Shown: positions 9,926 to 21,095, counted from the first letter of the stretch. The stretch: DNA of 64,000 bases from a bacterium BMS3Bbin08 (GCA_002897775.1 BDTR01000030.1:128070-192069); one strand, 5' to 3'. The notes: generated by a model not told the origin, from the sequence alone. Program-made: numbers and translations.

Positions 9926-12604
9926 ATGTTCGGGATCCTGGCAAAAATAATCGGTACCAAGAACGAGAGGGAGCTCAAAAAGCTGTGGCCTGTTGTCGAG
10001 CAGATCAATTCCCTTGAGCCCTCCATGACGTCTCTTGATGATGCCGCGCTTAGGGCAAAAACAGATGATTTCCGGGGCCGGCTGCAGGGCGGTGAGAGCC
10101 TTGATGATATCCTGCCTGAGGCGTTCGCGGTTGTCAGAGAGGTTTCGCTCAGGATCCTTAACATGCGGCATTTTGATGTCCAGCTTATCGGCGGCATTAT
10201 ACTTCACAACGGCACCATAGCTGAGATGAAGACAGGTGAAGGCAAGACCCTTGCCGCTACCCTTTCAGTATACCTGAACGCTCTGGACGGCCATGGTGTT
10301 CACATTGTTACTGTAAATGATTATCTTGCCAAAAGGGACGCCCGGTGGATGGGGCCGATATACCACTTTCTCGGACTGTCGATCGGTATTATCCAGCATG
10401 ACACCTCGTTTATCTACGATACATCTTATCATTCCGATGACAAGAGGCTTCTGCATTTAAGGCCGGCTGAAAGGCAGGACGCCTACATGGCTGATATTAC
10501 GTACGGAACGAACAATGAATTCGGATTTGATTATCTCAGGGATAACATGAGGTACGACATAAAGGATTATGTCCAGAGAGAACTGAACTACGCGATCGTT
10601 GACGAAGTGGACAGCATTTTGATCGACGAGGCAAGGACACCACTTATAATCTCCGGACCTGCGGAGGAATCAACGGACAAGTACTACAAGATAGACAAGC
10701 TTGTGCCGAGATTAAAGCAAGAGACCGATTTTACGATCGATGAGAAGGCAAGGACAGTGGCGCTGACAGAAGACGGCAGTGAGAAGGCTGAAAAAATGCT
10801 GGCAGTGGGTAATCTCTATGATCCGTCCAACATTGAACTTGTGCATCATATCAATCAGGCATTAAGGGCGCACACGCTGTTTAAACGCGATGTGGATTAT
10901 ATCGTAAAGGACAACGAGGTTGTAATTGTCGATGAGTTCACAGGCCGTCTTATGCCGGGAAGGCGCTGGTCAGACGGCCTGCACCAGGCCATTGAGGCAA
11001 AGGAGGGGGTCAAGATCGCAAGCGAGAACCAGACCCTTGCCACCATCACGTTCCAGAATTATTTCAGGATGTACAACAAGCTCGCGGGCATGACCGGAAC
11101 CGCTGACACAGAGGCAGAGGAGTTCGCGAAGATATACAACCTTGACGTGTTAATTATTCCTACGAACAAACCGATGATAAGGATCGATAATTCGGATGTG
11201 ATATACAAAAATGAAAAGGCCAAGTTCAGGGCTGTTATCAAGGACATTGAAGATTGCTATAAAGGGGGACAGCCGGTTTTAGTTGGTACTATATCAATAG
11301 AAAAATCAGAACTGCTCAGTTCAATGCTGAAAAAGAAGAAGATACCCCACTCGGTCCTGAACGCGAAATACCATGAACAGGAGGCCGAGATAATCGCGCA
11401 GGCAGGCAAAAGTCAATCAGTTACGTTGGCAACGAACATGGCCGGCAGGGGAACGGATATAGTTCTTGGAGGAAATGCCGAAGGACTCGCAAAAGACATT
11501 CTTAAAAACAAGAAAGAGTACACAGAACAGGAATATGAGGACGCCCTGAACAAGGCCAGGGAGCTTTGTAAAGAAGACCGCGACAGGGTTCTGTCATCAG
11601 GCGGTCTCCACATACTGGGTACTGAAAGGCATGATGCAAGAAGAATAGATAATCAGCTCAGGGGCCGCTCCGGCCGTCAGGGGGATGCCGGCACATCAAG
11701 GTTTTATCTTTCCCTGGAAGACGACCTTATGAGGATATTCGGTTCTGAAAGGATATCCGGACTTATGGGAAGACTCGGGATGGACGAATCCCAGCCTATT
11801 GAGCATAAGTGGGTATCAAAGGCAATTGAAAATGCTCAAACAAAGGTTGAGGCTCATAATTTTGACATCAGAAAGCACCTCCTTGATTACGATGATGTCA
11901 TGAACAAGCAGAGAATAGAGATCTACTCGTTCAGGAGGGAGATACTTACCGGAGAAGGCCTGAAGGGAAAAGTCCTTGAAATGGCGATGGACGCGCTGGA
12001 TGAACTCCTGTCCATCTACTGTCCTGAAGACAGGCATGCAGAGGAATGGGACATGGATGGTCTGAAAGAGGGCCTTTTCAGGCAGTTCTCAATTGACGGG
12101 CCTGTGGAAAAAACCGGAGACATTGAAGATCTCAGGCAGAGGCTTTCAGACGACATAGAAAAGGCGTATGAAAGCAAGGAAAAAGAGGTCGGTGACGAGG
12201 CGATGAGGTACCTTGAAAAGGTTGTGATGCTGCAGGTCGTTGATTCCCAGTGGAAAGACCATCTCCTGGGCATGGACCATCTGAAGGAGGGGATCGGATT
12301 AAGGGGCTACGGCCAGAGAGATCCCCTTGTTGAATATAAAAAAGAGGCGTTTGATACCTTTTCCGATATGAGTGTGAGAATAGCTTCTGAAGTGGTGAAC
12401 AGGCTGTTCAGGATACAGATCGCAAGAGGTGAGGAGGCTCACAAGAAAATAACGCTAAGACCTGCTAAAATACGCTACAATACTGGGAGAGGGGGAGAAA
12501 AACCCCAGACCGTTGTAAAAAGCAGAAAGATAGGCAGGAATGACCCCTGCCCCTGCGGAAGCGGCAAAAAATATAAAAAATGCTGCGGTATGGTCCGGGC
12601 ATAA
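9926..12604 (+). CDS. secA: preprotein translocase subunit SecA
   Basis: [39 protein letters not shown]-terminal [18 protein letters not shown]. Confidence 0.99.
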   Translation: MFGILAKIIGTKNERELKKLWPVVEQINSLEPSMTSLDDAALRAKTDDFRGRLQGGESLDDILPEAFAVVREVSLRILNMRHFDVQLIGGIILHNGTIAEMKTGEGKTLAATLSVYLNALDGHGVHIVTVNDYLAKRDARWMGPIYHFLGLSIGIIQHDTSFIYDTSYHSDDKRLLHLRPAERQDAYMADITYGTNNEFGFDYLRDNMRYDIKDYVQRELNYAIVDEVDSILIDEARTPLIISGPAEESTDKYYKIDKLVPRLKQETDFTIDEKARTVALTEDGSEKAEKMLAVGNLYDPSNIELVHHINQALRAHTLFKRDVDYIVKDNEVVIVDEFTGRLMPGRRWSDGLHQAIEAKEGVKIASENQTLATITFQNYFRMYNKLAGMTGTADTEAEEFAKIYNLDVLIIPTNKPMIRIDNSDVIYKNEKAKFRAVIKDIEDCYKGGQPVLVGTISIEKSELLSSMLKKKKIPHSVLNAKYHEQEAEIIAQAGKSQSVTLATNMAGRGTDIVLGGNAEGLAKDILKNKKEYTEQEYEDALNKARELCKEDRDRVLSSGGLHILGTERHDARRIDNQLRGRSGRQGDAGTSRFYLSLEDDLMRIFGSERISGLMGRLGMDESQPIEHKWVSKAIENAQTKVEAHNFDIRKHLLDYDDVMNKQRIEIYSFRREILTGEGLKGKVLEMAMDALDELLSIYCPEDRHAEEWDMDGLKEGLFRQFSIDGPVEKTGDIEDLRQRLSDDIEKAYESKEKEVGDEAMRYLEKVVMLQVVDSQWKDHLLGMDHLKEGIGLRGYGQRDPLVEYKKEAFDTFSDMSVRIASEVVNRLFRIQIARGEEAHKKITLRPAKIRYNTGRGGEKPQTVVKSRKIGRNDPCPCGSGKKYKKCCGMVRA

Positions 12605-12626
12605 CCGGGTCGTATAAAGATATAGA

Positions 12627-14036
12627 ATGAACAACATCCTTGTCATAGACAAAGGCAGTTCTTCGATCCACAACTTCAGCAACATCCTCAAAAATAAAGA
12701 TTTTTCCATCACAAAAGTAAAAGGTCTTAAAGAGGCCCTGCCGTACCTTAAGAGAGATACTGTGGATCTGATCGTGATTGACAAGGCCTTTTCCTCAACC
12801 TCTGCCAGCTTCAGGAATTTCGTCAAACTTATAAGCGGAATCCCCAAGTTGATCCTTATATATGACCGGAGCTTTAGAGGCATGGGTGTATGGCTTAAGG
12901 ACAGGCTTGCAGTGCCTGTTCACGAGCCGGTCTCTTACAGGGAATTTGAGTACCACATAGAAAGACTTTTAAAAGATAAAAAAACATTAAAAGAGAATAA
13001 GACACTGGATATTGCGCTTCGGGCCAAACGAAAAGAACTCGGCTTTTTCGAAGACATCACCAGGATCCTTATCTCATCCCTGAGCATGAAGAAGATCCTG
13101 GCCATGATAATGAGAAAGACAAAGGCCATGATAGGGGCTGAGGCCTGGTCCATACTTTTGCTTGATGAAGAGGGGGAAGAGCTTTATTTTGAAAGGGTGC
13201 AGGGGAAGGAGACCAAAAAAGTTAAGAAGTTCAGGATCAAGGTAGGGGAAGGTATCGCGGGCTGGGTCGCCAAGGAAGGAGTTCCGGTAATAGTGCCTGA
13301 TGTCGGCTGTGACGCCCGTTTCTCAGGCAAGATAGATAAACTGCTCGATTTTAAGACCAGGTCCCTGATGTGCATTCCCATAAAGATCGAAGACAAGGTC
13401 ATAGGGGTGTTGGAGATCGTTAACAAGGTGACAGGAGAACCTTTTACAAAGGATGACCTGGACCTGATCCTGAAGTTCGTAAACCACGCGGCCATGGCGA
13501 TCGAACGCGCCTCTTTATATCTGAAAATGGAAGAACTGACCCTTACCGATGATGTTACGAACCTGTTTAACACCAGATATTTAAACCGTGCCATAGAAAT
13601 AGAGATAGAACGCTCCGACAGGTATGGGTCGCCTTTTACAGTAATATTTATGGATATTGATTCATTTAAGAAGGTTAATGACCAGCACGGGCATCTTGTC
13701 GGCGGGAAAGTGCTTAGAGAAATGTCGCAGCTTTTGCTTAACAGCCTGAGGACCGTTGACATAGTTGCCAGATACGGCGGGGATGAATTTGTTGTTGTTC
13801 TGCCCCAGACAACGCCAAAGGCTGGTTTTTATGTGGGTGAAAGGCTCAGGAAGGCGGTAGAACAACACGTATTCCTGAAGAACGAAGGATATCACCTTAG
13901 GATAACCGCCAGTTTTGGCGTGGCTTCTTATCCTGAGAACGCGAAGAGTAAGGAAGAACTTTTCCGCATTGCTGATGAAGCGATGTATAAAGGTAAGTTC
14001 TCAACGAAAAACATAGTATATGCCGCAGTCAAATAA
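12627..14036 (+). CDS. diguanylate cyclase (degenerate REC - GAF - GGDEF)
   Basis: Intact GGDEF with RxxD I-site (RTVD); GAF motifs GEGIAGWV, GVLEIVNK, FTKDD. Confidence 0.9.
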   Translation: MNNILVIDKGSSSIHNFSNILKNKDFSITKVKGLKEALPYLKRDTVDLIVIDKAFSSTSASFRNFVKLISGIPKLILIYDRSFRGMGVWLKDRLAVPVHEPVSYREFEYHIERLLKDKKTLKENKTLDIALRAKRKELGFFEDITRILISSLSMKKILAMIMRKTKAMIGAEAWSILLLDEEGEELYFERVQGKETKKVKKFRIKVGEGIAGWVAKEGVPVIVPDVGCDARFSGKIDKLLDFKTRSLMCIPIKIEDKVIGVLEIVNKVTGEPFTKDDLDLILKFVNHAAMAIERASLYLKMEELTLTDDVTNLFNTRYLNRAIEIEIERSDRYGSPFTVIFMDIDSFKKVNDQHGHLVGGKVLREMSQLLLNSLRTVDIVARYGGDEFVVVLPQTTPKAGFYVGERLRKAVEQHVFLKNEGYHLRITASFGVASYPENAKSKEELFRIADEAMYKGKFSTKNIVYAAVK

Positions 14037-14104
14037 ATTCCCGGCATTACTTTCCTTTCTCCTGATGCGGGGGGAAAAGCGCAGGAGGGCATAATACAAA
14101 GAAT

Positions 14105-15721
14105 ATGATAAGCTGGCAGCGGAGGAATGCCCTCCGCATCCTGAACAACATTGCCGAAGGCGTATATTTTGTGGATCCGGACAGGAAAATACGGTTCTGG
14201 AACAACCGGGCTGAATCCCTGACCGGGTTTAACGCGGCTGAGATGCTGGGCAAACCGTTTGACCGCTCGAATATCGGGTATCAGGACAGCAGGGGGGACG
14301 AATTGCAGCAGTACGAGTATCCGGTGGCTCTGTGCTTTCAGGAAAAAAAGCCTGTGAGCAGGAATTTTTTTATACAGAAAAAGGACGGCGGATTAATACC
14401 TGTAGAGGAAAAAGCAGTGCCGCTGTACAAAAACAGCGATGTAGCCGGGGTGATAGCCTCGTTCAGGGATGTTTCCGGCTGTATTCAGAGGGTGGAATCC
14501 AGGCTGAGAGACGAGAGAAAAGAACGGCTTATACCCATATGCGGCTGGTGCAAGAAGATAAAGAGTGATGATAATTACTGGGAACAGCTTGAGGTCTATC
14601 TCACAAATGAGGGGTTTGGCGTGTTCACTCACGGGATGTGTCCTTCATGCGCGGACAAGATCTTCGAGAAAAAAGTGTATCTTGAAAGCTATCAGAATAT
14701 ATGCAAGTCAATAAGCGCGAGTATTTCCGTTGATGAAGTGCTGCAGTTGATCGTTACCAATGTTGTTAAGGTAATGAACGTGAAGGCCAGTCTGCTGAGG
14801 CTCCTTAACAGGGACACGCAGGAACTGGAGCTGGCGGCCTATTACGGCCTGAGCGAAAAATACGCCGATAAGGGAACCGTATCGTATGACGCGAGCATTG
14901 ACGACGCCATGGCCGGCAAATCCGTGTCAGTTTATGATATCGCGGAACATAAGGATTCAAAGTATTACAAGGAAGCTCAGGAAGAAGGCATCAGGAGTAT
15001 TCTTTCCATACCCATGCGTTTCCAGAAAGAAGTGATTGGTGTGCTGAGGATGTATACCACCGAGCCGGTCAAGTATACCGAGGAGGACCTTAACTTCATA
15101 TCCGCCATTGCCGAGCAGGGGGCAATAGCGATCGTGAACGCGAGGCGCTTTGAAAAGGCGGTATCAAGGGAGAAAGAATACCTCAGGGTCTTTGAGGAGA
15201 TCACAAAGGCAGTGAGTTCCACCCTCAACGTAAAAGAAGTGCTGGACATGATCGTAATAAAGATACCCGAGGTCATGGGTGTAAAGGCCGCTACTATACG
15301 CCTCCTGGACCATACCGGCAAAAAGCTTAAGCTCAGCGCGGCCTTTGGACTCAGCGAAAAATATCTGAACAGGGGGCCGGTTGACGCCGAAGAGAATATT
15401 ATCGAGGCCCTGAATGAAAAGCCCGTTGCCATTTATGACGTTACCACTGACAGCAGGATCAAATATCAGAAAGAAGCGGCAGAAGAAGGTATAAAAAGCC
15501 TGCTTTCCCTGCCTATAATCGCAAAGGGCAAGGTGCTCGGAGTCCTGAGGCTTCTTACCGGAAGCCCTAAGGATTTTACGAAGCAGGAAGTGGATTTTGC
15601 CGCTTCCCTGGCAGAACAGTGCGGCACCGCGATCGAAAACGCTACCATGTATGAAAAAGTCAAGAAGGATTACAATGATATCATGAGATATCTGGACGGT
15701 GCGGTGCTGGAAAAGGAGTAA
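14105..15721 (+). CDS. PAS - Cys/His zinc-ribbon-like - GAF - GAF sensor protein with no recognisable output domain
   Basis: N-terminal PAS (FWNNRAESLTG), CGWC...HGMCPSC motif, two similar GAF repeats. Confidence 0.75.
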   Translation: MISWQRRNALRILNNIAEGVYFVDPDRKIRFWNNRAESLTGFNAAEMLGKPFDRSNIGYQDSRGDELQQYEYPVALCFQEKKPVSRNFFIQKKDGGLIPVEEKAVPLYKNSDVAGVIASFRDVSGCIQRVESRLRDERKERLIPICGWCKKIKSDDNYWEQLEVYLTNEGFGVFTHGMCPSCADKIFEKKVYLESYQNICKSISASISVDEVLQLIVTNVVKVMNVKASLLRLLNRDTQELELAAYYGLSEKYADKGTVSYDASIDDAMAGKSVSVYDIAEHKDSKYYKEAQEEGIRSILSIPMRFQKEVIGVLRMYTTEPVKYTEEDLNFISAIAEQGAIAIVNARRFEKAVSREKEYLRVFEEITKAVSSTLNVKEVLDMIVIKIPEVMGVKAATIRLLDHTGKKLKLSAAFGLSEKYLNRGPVDAEENIIEALNEKPVAIYDVTTDSRIKYQKEAAEEGIKSLLSLPIIAKGKVLGVLRLLTGSPKDFTKQEVDFAASLAEQCGTAIENATMYEKVKKDYNDIMRYLDGAVLEKE

Positions 15722-15792
15722 CAGGCTGAGGTTTCGGCCGCCTGCCCCGAAACTTGAATAGGACAGGATTTTATAGTATCCTATAAGATGTT

Positions 15793-16773
15793 ATGGCGCT
15801 TTTTAATTATACAGCCAAAGAGATCACCCTTAAACTGGTCTACTACGGCCCCGGCTTTTCCGGAAAAACAACGAACCTTCAGCTCCTGCATTCCATGTTG
15901 CCCGGCAAATCAAGGGGAAAGCTCATATCCCTGACCACTGAGGCCGACCGTACTCTGTTCTTTGATTTTCTGCCGGTTGATATCGGCAAGGTCAAGGAAT
16001 TCAATATAAGGTTTCAGCTCTATACTGTTCCGGGCCAGGTAAGGTACAACGCTACCAGACGCCTTGTGCTTAGAGGGGCAGACGCAGTGGTTTTTGTCGC
16101 TGATTCACAGAAAGAGATGAAAGCCCAGAATATCGAAAGCTTCAACAATATGAGAGAAAATCTGACCGTGAACAACATAGACCCTGATGATATTCCGGTC
16201 CTGCTTCAATATAACAAAAGGGACGTTCCCAATGTAATGGATATCGCGGAACTCAACAAGGACCTGAACAAGCACAACGCGCCTTTTTTCGAGGCGGTTG
16301 CCACCGAAGGTAAAGGCGTTAAGGAGATGTTTGATAAGGCAACCGAGGTCCTGATCAGGCACATAGCAAAAAAACATAAGGTTGATATAGAGGCCCCTGT
16401 TGAAGTTGTTGCTCCAGGCGCTGCCCCTGCCGCACCGGCGCCCGAGGCAGCTGCTCCGCAGTCCCGGTCTGTTCAGTCGATGAAGCCCGATGTTGCTCCT
16501 GTTGCGCCGCAGATCGAGCCTACTTCGCATACTGAGGCCCCGCCGGTCCTTCCCATGCCGCAAAAAACAATTGTACAGCAGGCCCCTGTCTCAATAGATA
16601 TATCAGAACTGGTTTCTTCGATCGGCGACCTGAGGGATGTATTGTCAGAAATAAGCGGCACGTTCAAAGAGATGCAGAAGAAACAGATCAAAATGTCAAA
16701 TGACCTTGCCGAGTTGAAGCAGATATTTTCAGAGGCCAGAAAATCAAAAGGCCTCAGAAGGCTGTTTGGGTAA
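15793..16773 (+). CDS. MglA-family small GTPase with a C-terminal Pro/Ala-rich and coiled-coil extension
   Basis: YYGPGFSGKTTN, DRTLFFDF, YTVPGQ, NKRD motifs. Confidence 0.88.
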   Translation: MALFNYTAKEITLKLVYYGPGFSGKTTNLQLLHSMLPGKSRGKLISLTTEADRTLFFDFLPVDIGKVKEFNIRFQLYTVPGQVRYNATRRLVLRGADAVVFVADSQKEMKAQNIESFNNMRENLTVNNIDPDDIPVLLQYNKRDVPNVMDIAELNKDLNKHNAPFFEAVATEGKGVKEMFDKATEVLIRHIAKKHKVDIEAPVEVVAPGAAPAAPAPEAAAPQSRSVQSMKPDVAPVAPQIEPTSHTEAPPVLPMPQKTIVQQAPVSIDISELVSSIGDLRDVLSEISGTFKEMQKKQIKMSNDLAELKQIFSEARKSKGLRRLFG

Positions 16774-16800
16774 CCGTCCAGTTACCCAAAATTTTTGATT

Positions 16801-16910
16801 TAGTGGTTGCCCTTCGGGCCATGTACCGTTCTGGTGCACGGCGGGCAAGCACAATGTAAGGATCTATTCATCATAACATTCGCTCACTAACCACTCGCTG
16901 TGCATTCATA
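16801..16910. repeat. dispersed structured element, copy A of 3
   Basis: TAGTGG...GGCGGGCAAGCACAATGTA...ACATTCGCTCACTA...CTCGCTGTGCATTCAT shared with 38006-38130 and 50287-50398. Confidence 0.8.
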
Positions 16911-16991
16911 GATTTGAGAAACTCCCATAATTCCATAATAGATTGATTGTTCCTTTACAATTCTCTATTCCCGATTCACTGTTCACGGTAG

Positions 16992-18521
16992 TTAAAGCAT
17001 TTCCAGGGTCTTTATAAGCGCTTCTGCTTTTTTCAGGGTCTCGCCATATTCCTTTTTCGGATCAGAATCCGCCACGATCCCGGCCCCGGCCTGCACATAG
17101 GCAATACCGTTTTTAATGACAAAGGTCCTGATGATGATATTCATGTCCATTGAACCGGTAAGGCTGATGTAACCCAGAGAGCCGGTGTACGGCCCCCTTG
17201 TTACAGTTTCAAGTTCATCGATTATTTCCATGCACCGCACCTTGGGAACCCCTGTTATTGTGCCGCCCGGGAAGGTCGCCCTTATGGCGTCAAAGCAGTC
17301 CTTGCCCTTTGCCGCTGTGCCTTTAATATTCGATACAATATGGATGACATGGGAATAGTCCTCGGTTATCATTAGTTCATCAACTGTTACAGAGCCGTAA
17401 TCAGAGATCTTTCCCAGGTCGTTGCGCTCCAGGTCTATTAACATGAGGTGTTCCGCGCGTTCCTTTTCATTTATCAGGAGGTCTGCTCTCATCTTCCGGT
17501 CTGCTTTGGCATTTCTTCCTCTTGGCCTGGTTCCTGCGATCGGACGTGTCTCCACCGTGTTACCGCTGAATTTTACCAGGCGTTCCGGAGAAGAGCTTAC
17601 TATCTGATAATCTCCCATATCAAGATACACTGCGAACGGTGAGGGGTTTATCCTGCTCAGCGTTTTGTATATATCCCACGGACCTGTGCGGCTGATATCA
17701 GCTGATACCCTTTGAGAGAGATTTGCCTGAAAGATATCCCCTGCCTTTATATAGTCTTTTGCTCTTTTTACCATTTCGATGTAATCATTTTCACCTGTCG
17801 CATGCTGTATCCTGATCCGCTTTTCAGGTTTTCCTGAACTTTTCAGATCAGCATTGTTTTTTGAAGATATCTTTTTATAAAGGCTGTTGATCTTGTCGCA
17901 TGCGGACTCGTAATAAGTCCCGGGATCGCGGTCAACCGGTCCAAAGGAAAAGCCCGTCTCTTCCGCGGCGGAACAGGAAATAATAAAGGTTTTTTTGGAT
18001 TTATGGTCAAAGGCGGCAACAGTATCGACCAGCAGGAAATGCGCGTCAGGTATTCGGAGGTCGTCTGTTGTTGTCCTCGGGAGCCGTTCGAAATAATGGA
18101 CAAAATCATAACTGAACATGCCGACAGCCCCGCCCACAAAAGGAGGAAAGTTCCCCGGGAAACCGTTGGCTCCAGAGGTAACCCCGATCTTGTACTGGCC
18201 GAGCATTTCTTTCAATTTTTTCAGGGGCGTCCCTGAAGTCGATACTGCTGGATTCCGGGTCACGACCCTTTTCCCCCTGAATTCTGTTTCAACAGAGCCG
18301 TTCTTTACCTTAAACACCAAAAAGGGGTCTGTTCCTGCGAATGAATACCGGGCTATCTTCTCAGGGCCTTTTATGCTTTCAAACAGGAAACTGTAAGGGC
18401 CTTTGATGGATTCATAAGCCTGCCGGGGTGAAATGAAAGGCAGTTCAGCGTAAACAGGGGATATCCGCCCTTTCTTAACGTTTTCTATGAAATTTTCTCT
18501 GGAAGGAAAAATGTTAAGCAT
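16992..18521 (-). CDS. anthranilate synthase component I / aminodeoxychorismate synthase I family protein
   Basis: SSSPE, RPIAGT, KERAEHLMLIDLERND, FPGGTITGVPK, AGAGIVADS motifs. Confidence 0.92.
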   Translation of the reverse strand: MLNIFPSRENFIENVKKGRISPVYAELPFISPRQAYESIKGPYSFLFESIKGPEKIARYSFAGTDPFLVFKVKNGSVETEFRGKRVVTRNPAVSTSGTPLKKLKEMLGQYKIGVTSGANGFPGNFPPFVGGAVGMFSYDFVHYFERLPRTTTDDLRIPDAHFLLVDTVAAFDHKSKKTFIISCSAAEETGFSFGPVDRDPGTYYESACDKINSLYKKISSKNNADLKSSGKPEKRIRIQHATGENDYIEMVKRAKDYIKAGDIFQANLSQRVSADISRTGPWDIYKTLSRINPSPFAVYLDMGDYQIVSSSPERLVKFSGNTVETRPIAGTRPRGRNAKADRKMRADLLINEKERAEHLMLIDLERNDLGKISDYGSVTVDELMITEDYSHVIHIVSNIKGTAAKGKDCFDAIRATFPGGTITGVPKVRCMEIIDELETVTRGPYTGSLGYISLTGSMDMNIIIRTFVIKNGIAYVQAGAGIVADSDPKKEYGETLKKAEALIKTLEML

Positions 18522-18540
18522 CAGATCAATAAGTAGCGAG

Positions 18541-18619
18541 CCCCGTTAGATTCTGCACCCACAGTTTTGCTCACACAAAACTGGACGCGGGCGCTATAAC
18601 AAGAATCTGGACAACGGGG
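18541..18619. repeat. nested hairpin element CCCCG-AGATTC...GAATCTGGAC-CGGGG
   Basis: Shares its outer arms with 51404-51437 but contains additional internal hairpins. Confidence 0.65.
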
Positions 18620-18654
18620 CAGGTAGCTAGTGGCCCTGTAACGCCCGCCAGGGC

Positions 18655-19377
18655 TTATCCGGCTTTTTCGATTTCTTTCAATATAAGCTCCAGCGCTTTT
18701 ATTGGGCTGGGCTGGGCTGTTACGGACCTGCCGATCACAAGATAATCAGCGCCTCTTGCGATCGCCTGTTTTGGCGTCATGGTCCTTTTCTGGTCATCCG
18801 GAGGCGCCCATGACGGCCTGATGCCCGGGGTAACGATAAGAAAGCCACTGCCGCAGCGCGACCTGATCATCTCTATATCCTGAGGCGACGCGACCACTCC
18901 GTCCAGCCCCGCGTCTAAAGCAAGCTTTGCAAGATGTTTAACCTGGGTTGCCATACGATGCTGAATGCCTATTTCATCCCTGAGGATATCCTGATCAATG
19001 CTTGTCAGGACCGTTACGCCCAGTAATTTGGGCCTCTTGATATTTTTTTTAAGTGACGCTTTGACAAGTCCCTGTGCGGCCTGCTTCATCATCTCAAGTC
19101 CGCCCATAGTGTGTACATTGAACATGAACACCCCAAGTTCCGCTGCCGCGTGAGCTGACCTTGATACTGTATTGGGGATGTCGTGGAATTTAAGGTCAAG
19201 AAAGACCTTTTTGCCCATGGCGTTTATATCCTGTATTATTTTCGGGCCGGCAGATGTGAACAGTTCAGAGCCTACCTTGAATGTATCAATATGATCTTTG
19301 AACTGTTTGACTATGTCCAGTGCCCCTTCATGACCAGAGACATCAAGGGCAAGGATGATGCGTTCTTTTGGTTCCAT
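18655..19377 (-). CDS. pyrF: orotidine-5'-phosphate decarboxylase
   Basis: FLDLKFHDIPNTV, VTPGIR, DDQKR motifs. Confidence 0.97.
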   Translation of the reverse strand: MEPKERIILALDVSGHEGALDIVKQFKDHIDTFKVGSELFTSAGPKIIQDINAMGKKVFLDLKFHDIPNTVSRSAHAAAELGVFMFNVHTMGGLEMMKQAAQGLVKASLKKNIKRPKLLGVTVLTSIDQDILRDEIGIQHRMATQVKHLAKLALDAGLDGVVASPQDIEMIRSRCGSGFLIVTPGIRPSWAPPDDQKRTMTPKQAIARGADYLVIGRSVTAQPSPIKALELILKEIEKAG

Positions 19378-19382
19378 GGTTT

Positions 19383-19937
19383 TTAATTGTCAATTTTAGG
19401 CAGTGTTATATCCTTTTGTGCCTGGTATTTGCCTTTTTTGTCCGCGTAGGAACGTATGCACAGTTCATCAGCGCCCAGAAATATGATCTGCGCTATTCCT
19501 TCGTTTGCGTAGAGTTTGACGGGCCGCGGAGAGGTGTTTGAGATCTCTATTGTTACATGGCCTTCCCATTCAGGTTCAAGCGGGGTTACATTGACCACTA
19601 CACCGCATCTGGCATATGTAGATTTTCCCAGGCAGATCACGATCACGTCCCTTGGAAGCTTGAAATATTCCACTGATGCGGCAAGCACAAACGAGTTGGC
19701 GGGTATTACGCAGACATCACCTTTGAAGTCAGTAAAACTCTTGGGATCAAACCCCTTGGGATCAACAACCTCACTGCCTGAGTTGCTGAATATCTTGAAC
19801 CTGTCGGATATCCTCATGTCGTATCCGTAGGAACTGACGCCGTAAGAGATGGCCCCTTCCCTTACCTGGTTTTCAGCAAAGGGTGTGATCATCCCTTTTT
19901 CAGCCATTTCCTTTATCCAGCGGTCGTTTTTTACCAT
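19383..19937 (-). CDS. dcd: dCTP deaminase
   Basis: [28 protein letters not shown] motifs. Confidence 0.96.
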   Translation of the reverse strand: MVKNDRWIKEMAEKGMITPFAENQVREGAISYGVSSYGYDMRISDRFKIFSNSGSEVVDPKGFDPKSFTDFKGDVCVIPANSFVLAASVEYFKLPRDVIVICLGKSTYARCGVVVNVTPLEPEWEGHVTIEISNTSPRPVKLYANEGIAQIIFLGADELCIRSYADKKGKYQAQKDITLPKIDN

Positions 19938-20099
19938 AATTTTCTCTTGTTAATTAAGATAAAAGTGCGGTCTTTGAAAGGTTAACATAAAGGTTTATTC
20001 CTTTACAACAACATGCCTGCCCCCCCTGTCTGAATTTGATAGCTTCTTTCCGGTCTAACTAAACAGAGGTTTAAAGGGCGCAAAAAGGTCGCAGAAACG

Positions 20100-20141
20100 A
20101 TGAAATTTTACGCGCATAGTCTTGAAGGAAAGCCGCATTGA
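20100..20141 (+). pseudogene. cas3: cas3 5'-end fragment 1 (MKFYAHSLEGKPH*)
   Basis: 26/28 nt identical to the YAHSLEGRP-coding start of intact cas3 at 22315. Confidence 0.8.
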
Positions 20142-20344
20142 GACAGAATTTACAAAATGCTTGAATATTCTTATCTATAGTGGCAGAATTAGAATTAATT
20201 ATGGCATATTATTTTAAACAGGCAGAGAGGTTGATCTATGATGCCTGAGAATGAGCCTGTCATGGCCATATCTGCAGCATAGTGAGTGCTTTCGAAAGGT
20301 GCGCGCCGGATCGACTGGGAACATTGGGATTAAAGGGGGACGGA

Positions 20345-20662
20345 ATGACGGGTAAAGCATATATTGAAATACCGGAAGAAAAAATAGCCCGGTTCTGCGG
20401 GAAATGGAAGATACGTGAATTCGCGCTCTTCGGTTCTGTCCTGAGGGATGATTTCAGACCTGACAGCGACATTGACGCGCTGGTTACTTTTGATGAGGAT
20501 GCTCAACACTCCCTGTTTGACCTTGTTAATATGGAAGATGAACTCAGGGAGATTTTTGGGCGCAATGTGGACCTGGTAAGCCGCAAAGGCATTGAAGCAA
20601 GCAGAAATTATATACGAAGAAACGCAATATTGAACTCCGCAGAGGCGGTATATGCAGCGTGA
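20345..20662 (+). CDS. minimal nucleotidyltransferase antitoxin (MNT/MntA-like)
   Basis: GS-x10-DxD motif (GSVLRDDFRPDSDID); ATG at 20345 after an AAGGGGG RBS; overlaps the HEPN gene. Confidence 0.9.
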   Translation: MTGKAYIEIPEEKIARFCGKWKIREFALFGSVLRDDFRPDSDIDALVTFDEDAQHSLFDLVNMEDELREIFGRNVDLVSRKGIEASRNYIRRNAILNSAEAVYAA

Positions 20663-20996
20663 CCGTGAGTTTTTCCTCGACATATTGGAGGCGGCAAAAC
20701 TCGCTGTCTCTTATGTCGGTGAAAAGTCTAAGGAAGATTTTTTAAAAGACCCTCAGTGTCAGGACGCTGTTATCAGACGGCTTGAGATAATAGGTGAAGC
20801 ATCCCGACGGATTTCTGCGGAGACACAGGCGGATTTTCCTGATTTGCCGTGGGGTGAAATGATCGGAATGCGGAATGTGATGATCCATAAGTATGACGAC
20901 GTGGACCCCGGTATAGTCTGGAAGACAGTAAAAAGTAACCTCCCAAAACTTATTACATCATTTAAAACGATACTCGAAGCGCCTGATAAAGAGTAA
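20652..20996 (+). CDS. HEPN/DUF86 RNase toxin (HepT-like)
   Basis: LEIIGEA and R-x4-H-x-Y (RNVMIHKY) motifs. Confidence 0.9.
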   Translation: MQRDREFFLDILEAAKLAVSYVGEKSKEDFLKDPQCQDAVIRRLEIIGEASRRISAETQADFPDLPWGEMIGMRNVMIHKYDDVDPGIVWKTVKSNLPKLITSFKTILEAPDKE

Positions 20997-21095
20997 CCAT
21001 CATTATTGACCACTTATTGTTCTTCCCGTGGAGAACAGGAAAACTTCCGGAGTAATGCACCAAGGAAATTATATAAAAGTCCAAAAGGGTAATAA

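Noticed and set aside
20238-20282. Mini-ORF MMPENEPVMAISAA* with CTGCAGCAT (LQH), resembling a cas4 start
   Set aside because: It would fit the gene-start-fragment pattern, but it is too short and needs an assumed deletion; not supportable without a search.
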